Positions 63,497-64,000 of a DNA stretch of 64,000 bases are shown here, piece after piece. The DNA comes from Anthoceros angustus (taxonomy: Eukaryota; Plantae; Anthocerotophyta): assembly GCA_010909165.1 (NCBI GenBank), contig MU008216.1, positions 62,001 to 126,000 of the forward strand, read 5' to 3'. Numbering within the stretch: position 1 is the stretch's first letter; each line of letters begins with the position of its first letter. Under the pieces are notes generated by a model, which did no database searches, was not told where the DNA came from, and saw only the letters and a program-made list of their open reading frames with translations. A program made the translations under genes and the position numbers.

Positions 63497-64000
63497 GACG
63501 ACGTTTGGCTGCTGCCCATCGACTCCGTTGTTGGGAAGGTGACCGAACCATAGCACCGTCCCAAAAACAGCCAACAGTTTGAAGGCACCACCTCCAACGC
63601 CACGGCACTATCCACCGTATTTGAAGCAACACACCGCCCCGTGACTATCCACCAACCTGGGCATGGACCTACTTGCAACTTGTAGCGCCCGTCAACTGAT
63701 CCGCTCCTTCCACCATGTCACGCACATGTAGCCACAGAGCTTGTCACGATTAATGCCTAGCCTCGAGTTCAAGTTGAGTTCTGATTACCTAGGTCATTTG
63801 CCGGCTGGCGGTATGCACGCCCAGTCTCCGCTTGCACCTGTAAATGATATTCAACCCTAAACCATAAATCCGACCAGGATTTTTAAACCCGTAGCATTTC
63901 GAAGGCAGCGCGTGGGCGGGCCCGTTCCTTGGCCACGGGTTCGTGAAATGAAGCGGCAAAAGGCCAGCTATGTGGGGACATTGTCCTTAAACAAGTTGGA
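63497..64000 (+). repeat. Indel-rich duplicate of 61345-61826 (offset ~2152 bp), running off the window
   Basis: GCCCATCGACTCCGTTGTTGGGAAGGTG...GGCCACGGGTTCGTGAAATGAAGCGGCAAAAGGCCAGCTATGTGGG is collinear in both places. Confidence 0.92.

Noticed and set aside
1-64000. tRNA or rRNA genes
   Set aside because: No recognisable tRNA A/B-box cloverleaf or rRNA conserved segments were noticed by eye; tRNAscan-SE or Infernal would be needed to exclude them.

Overview
Eukaryotic genomic DNA from a land plant with compact, short-intron genes (introns about 70-110 nt, suggesting a seed-free lineage such as a hornwort or lycophyte; this is inference). A roughly 14-kb gene island (22.7-36.7 kb) holds four intact genes: a fungal/bacterial-type DOPA 4,5-dioxygenase-family gene, a Yar1-like ankyrin gene, a malectin-domain kinesin-14, and a malectin-like LRR receptor kinase (At5g48740-like). 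Decayed transposon arrays flank it. On the left are a CACTA (En/Spm) transposase relic, a phased 42-bp motif array, a noisy 3x ~2-kb tandem repeat and a gypsy-type 3' fragment. On the right are a TA-flanked CAGT MITE and a LINE with 5' tandem monomers. That LINE is split by a 19.5-kb element with perfect 19-bp TIRs (42968-62439). The element carries a Sola-like DDD transposase relic, a second gene sharing the transposase C-terminal domain, a probable Ulp1-protease relic, satellites, a G4-like array and a nested LTR fragment. Several duplicated blocks look like consensus or assembly chimeras and need read-level checking.
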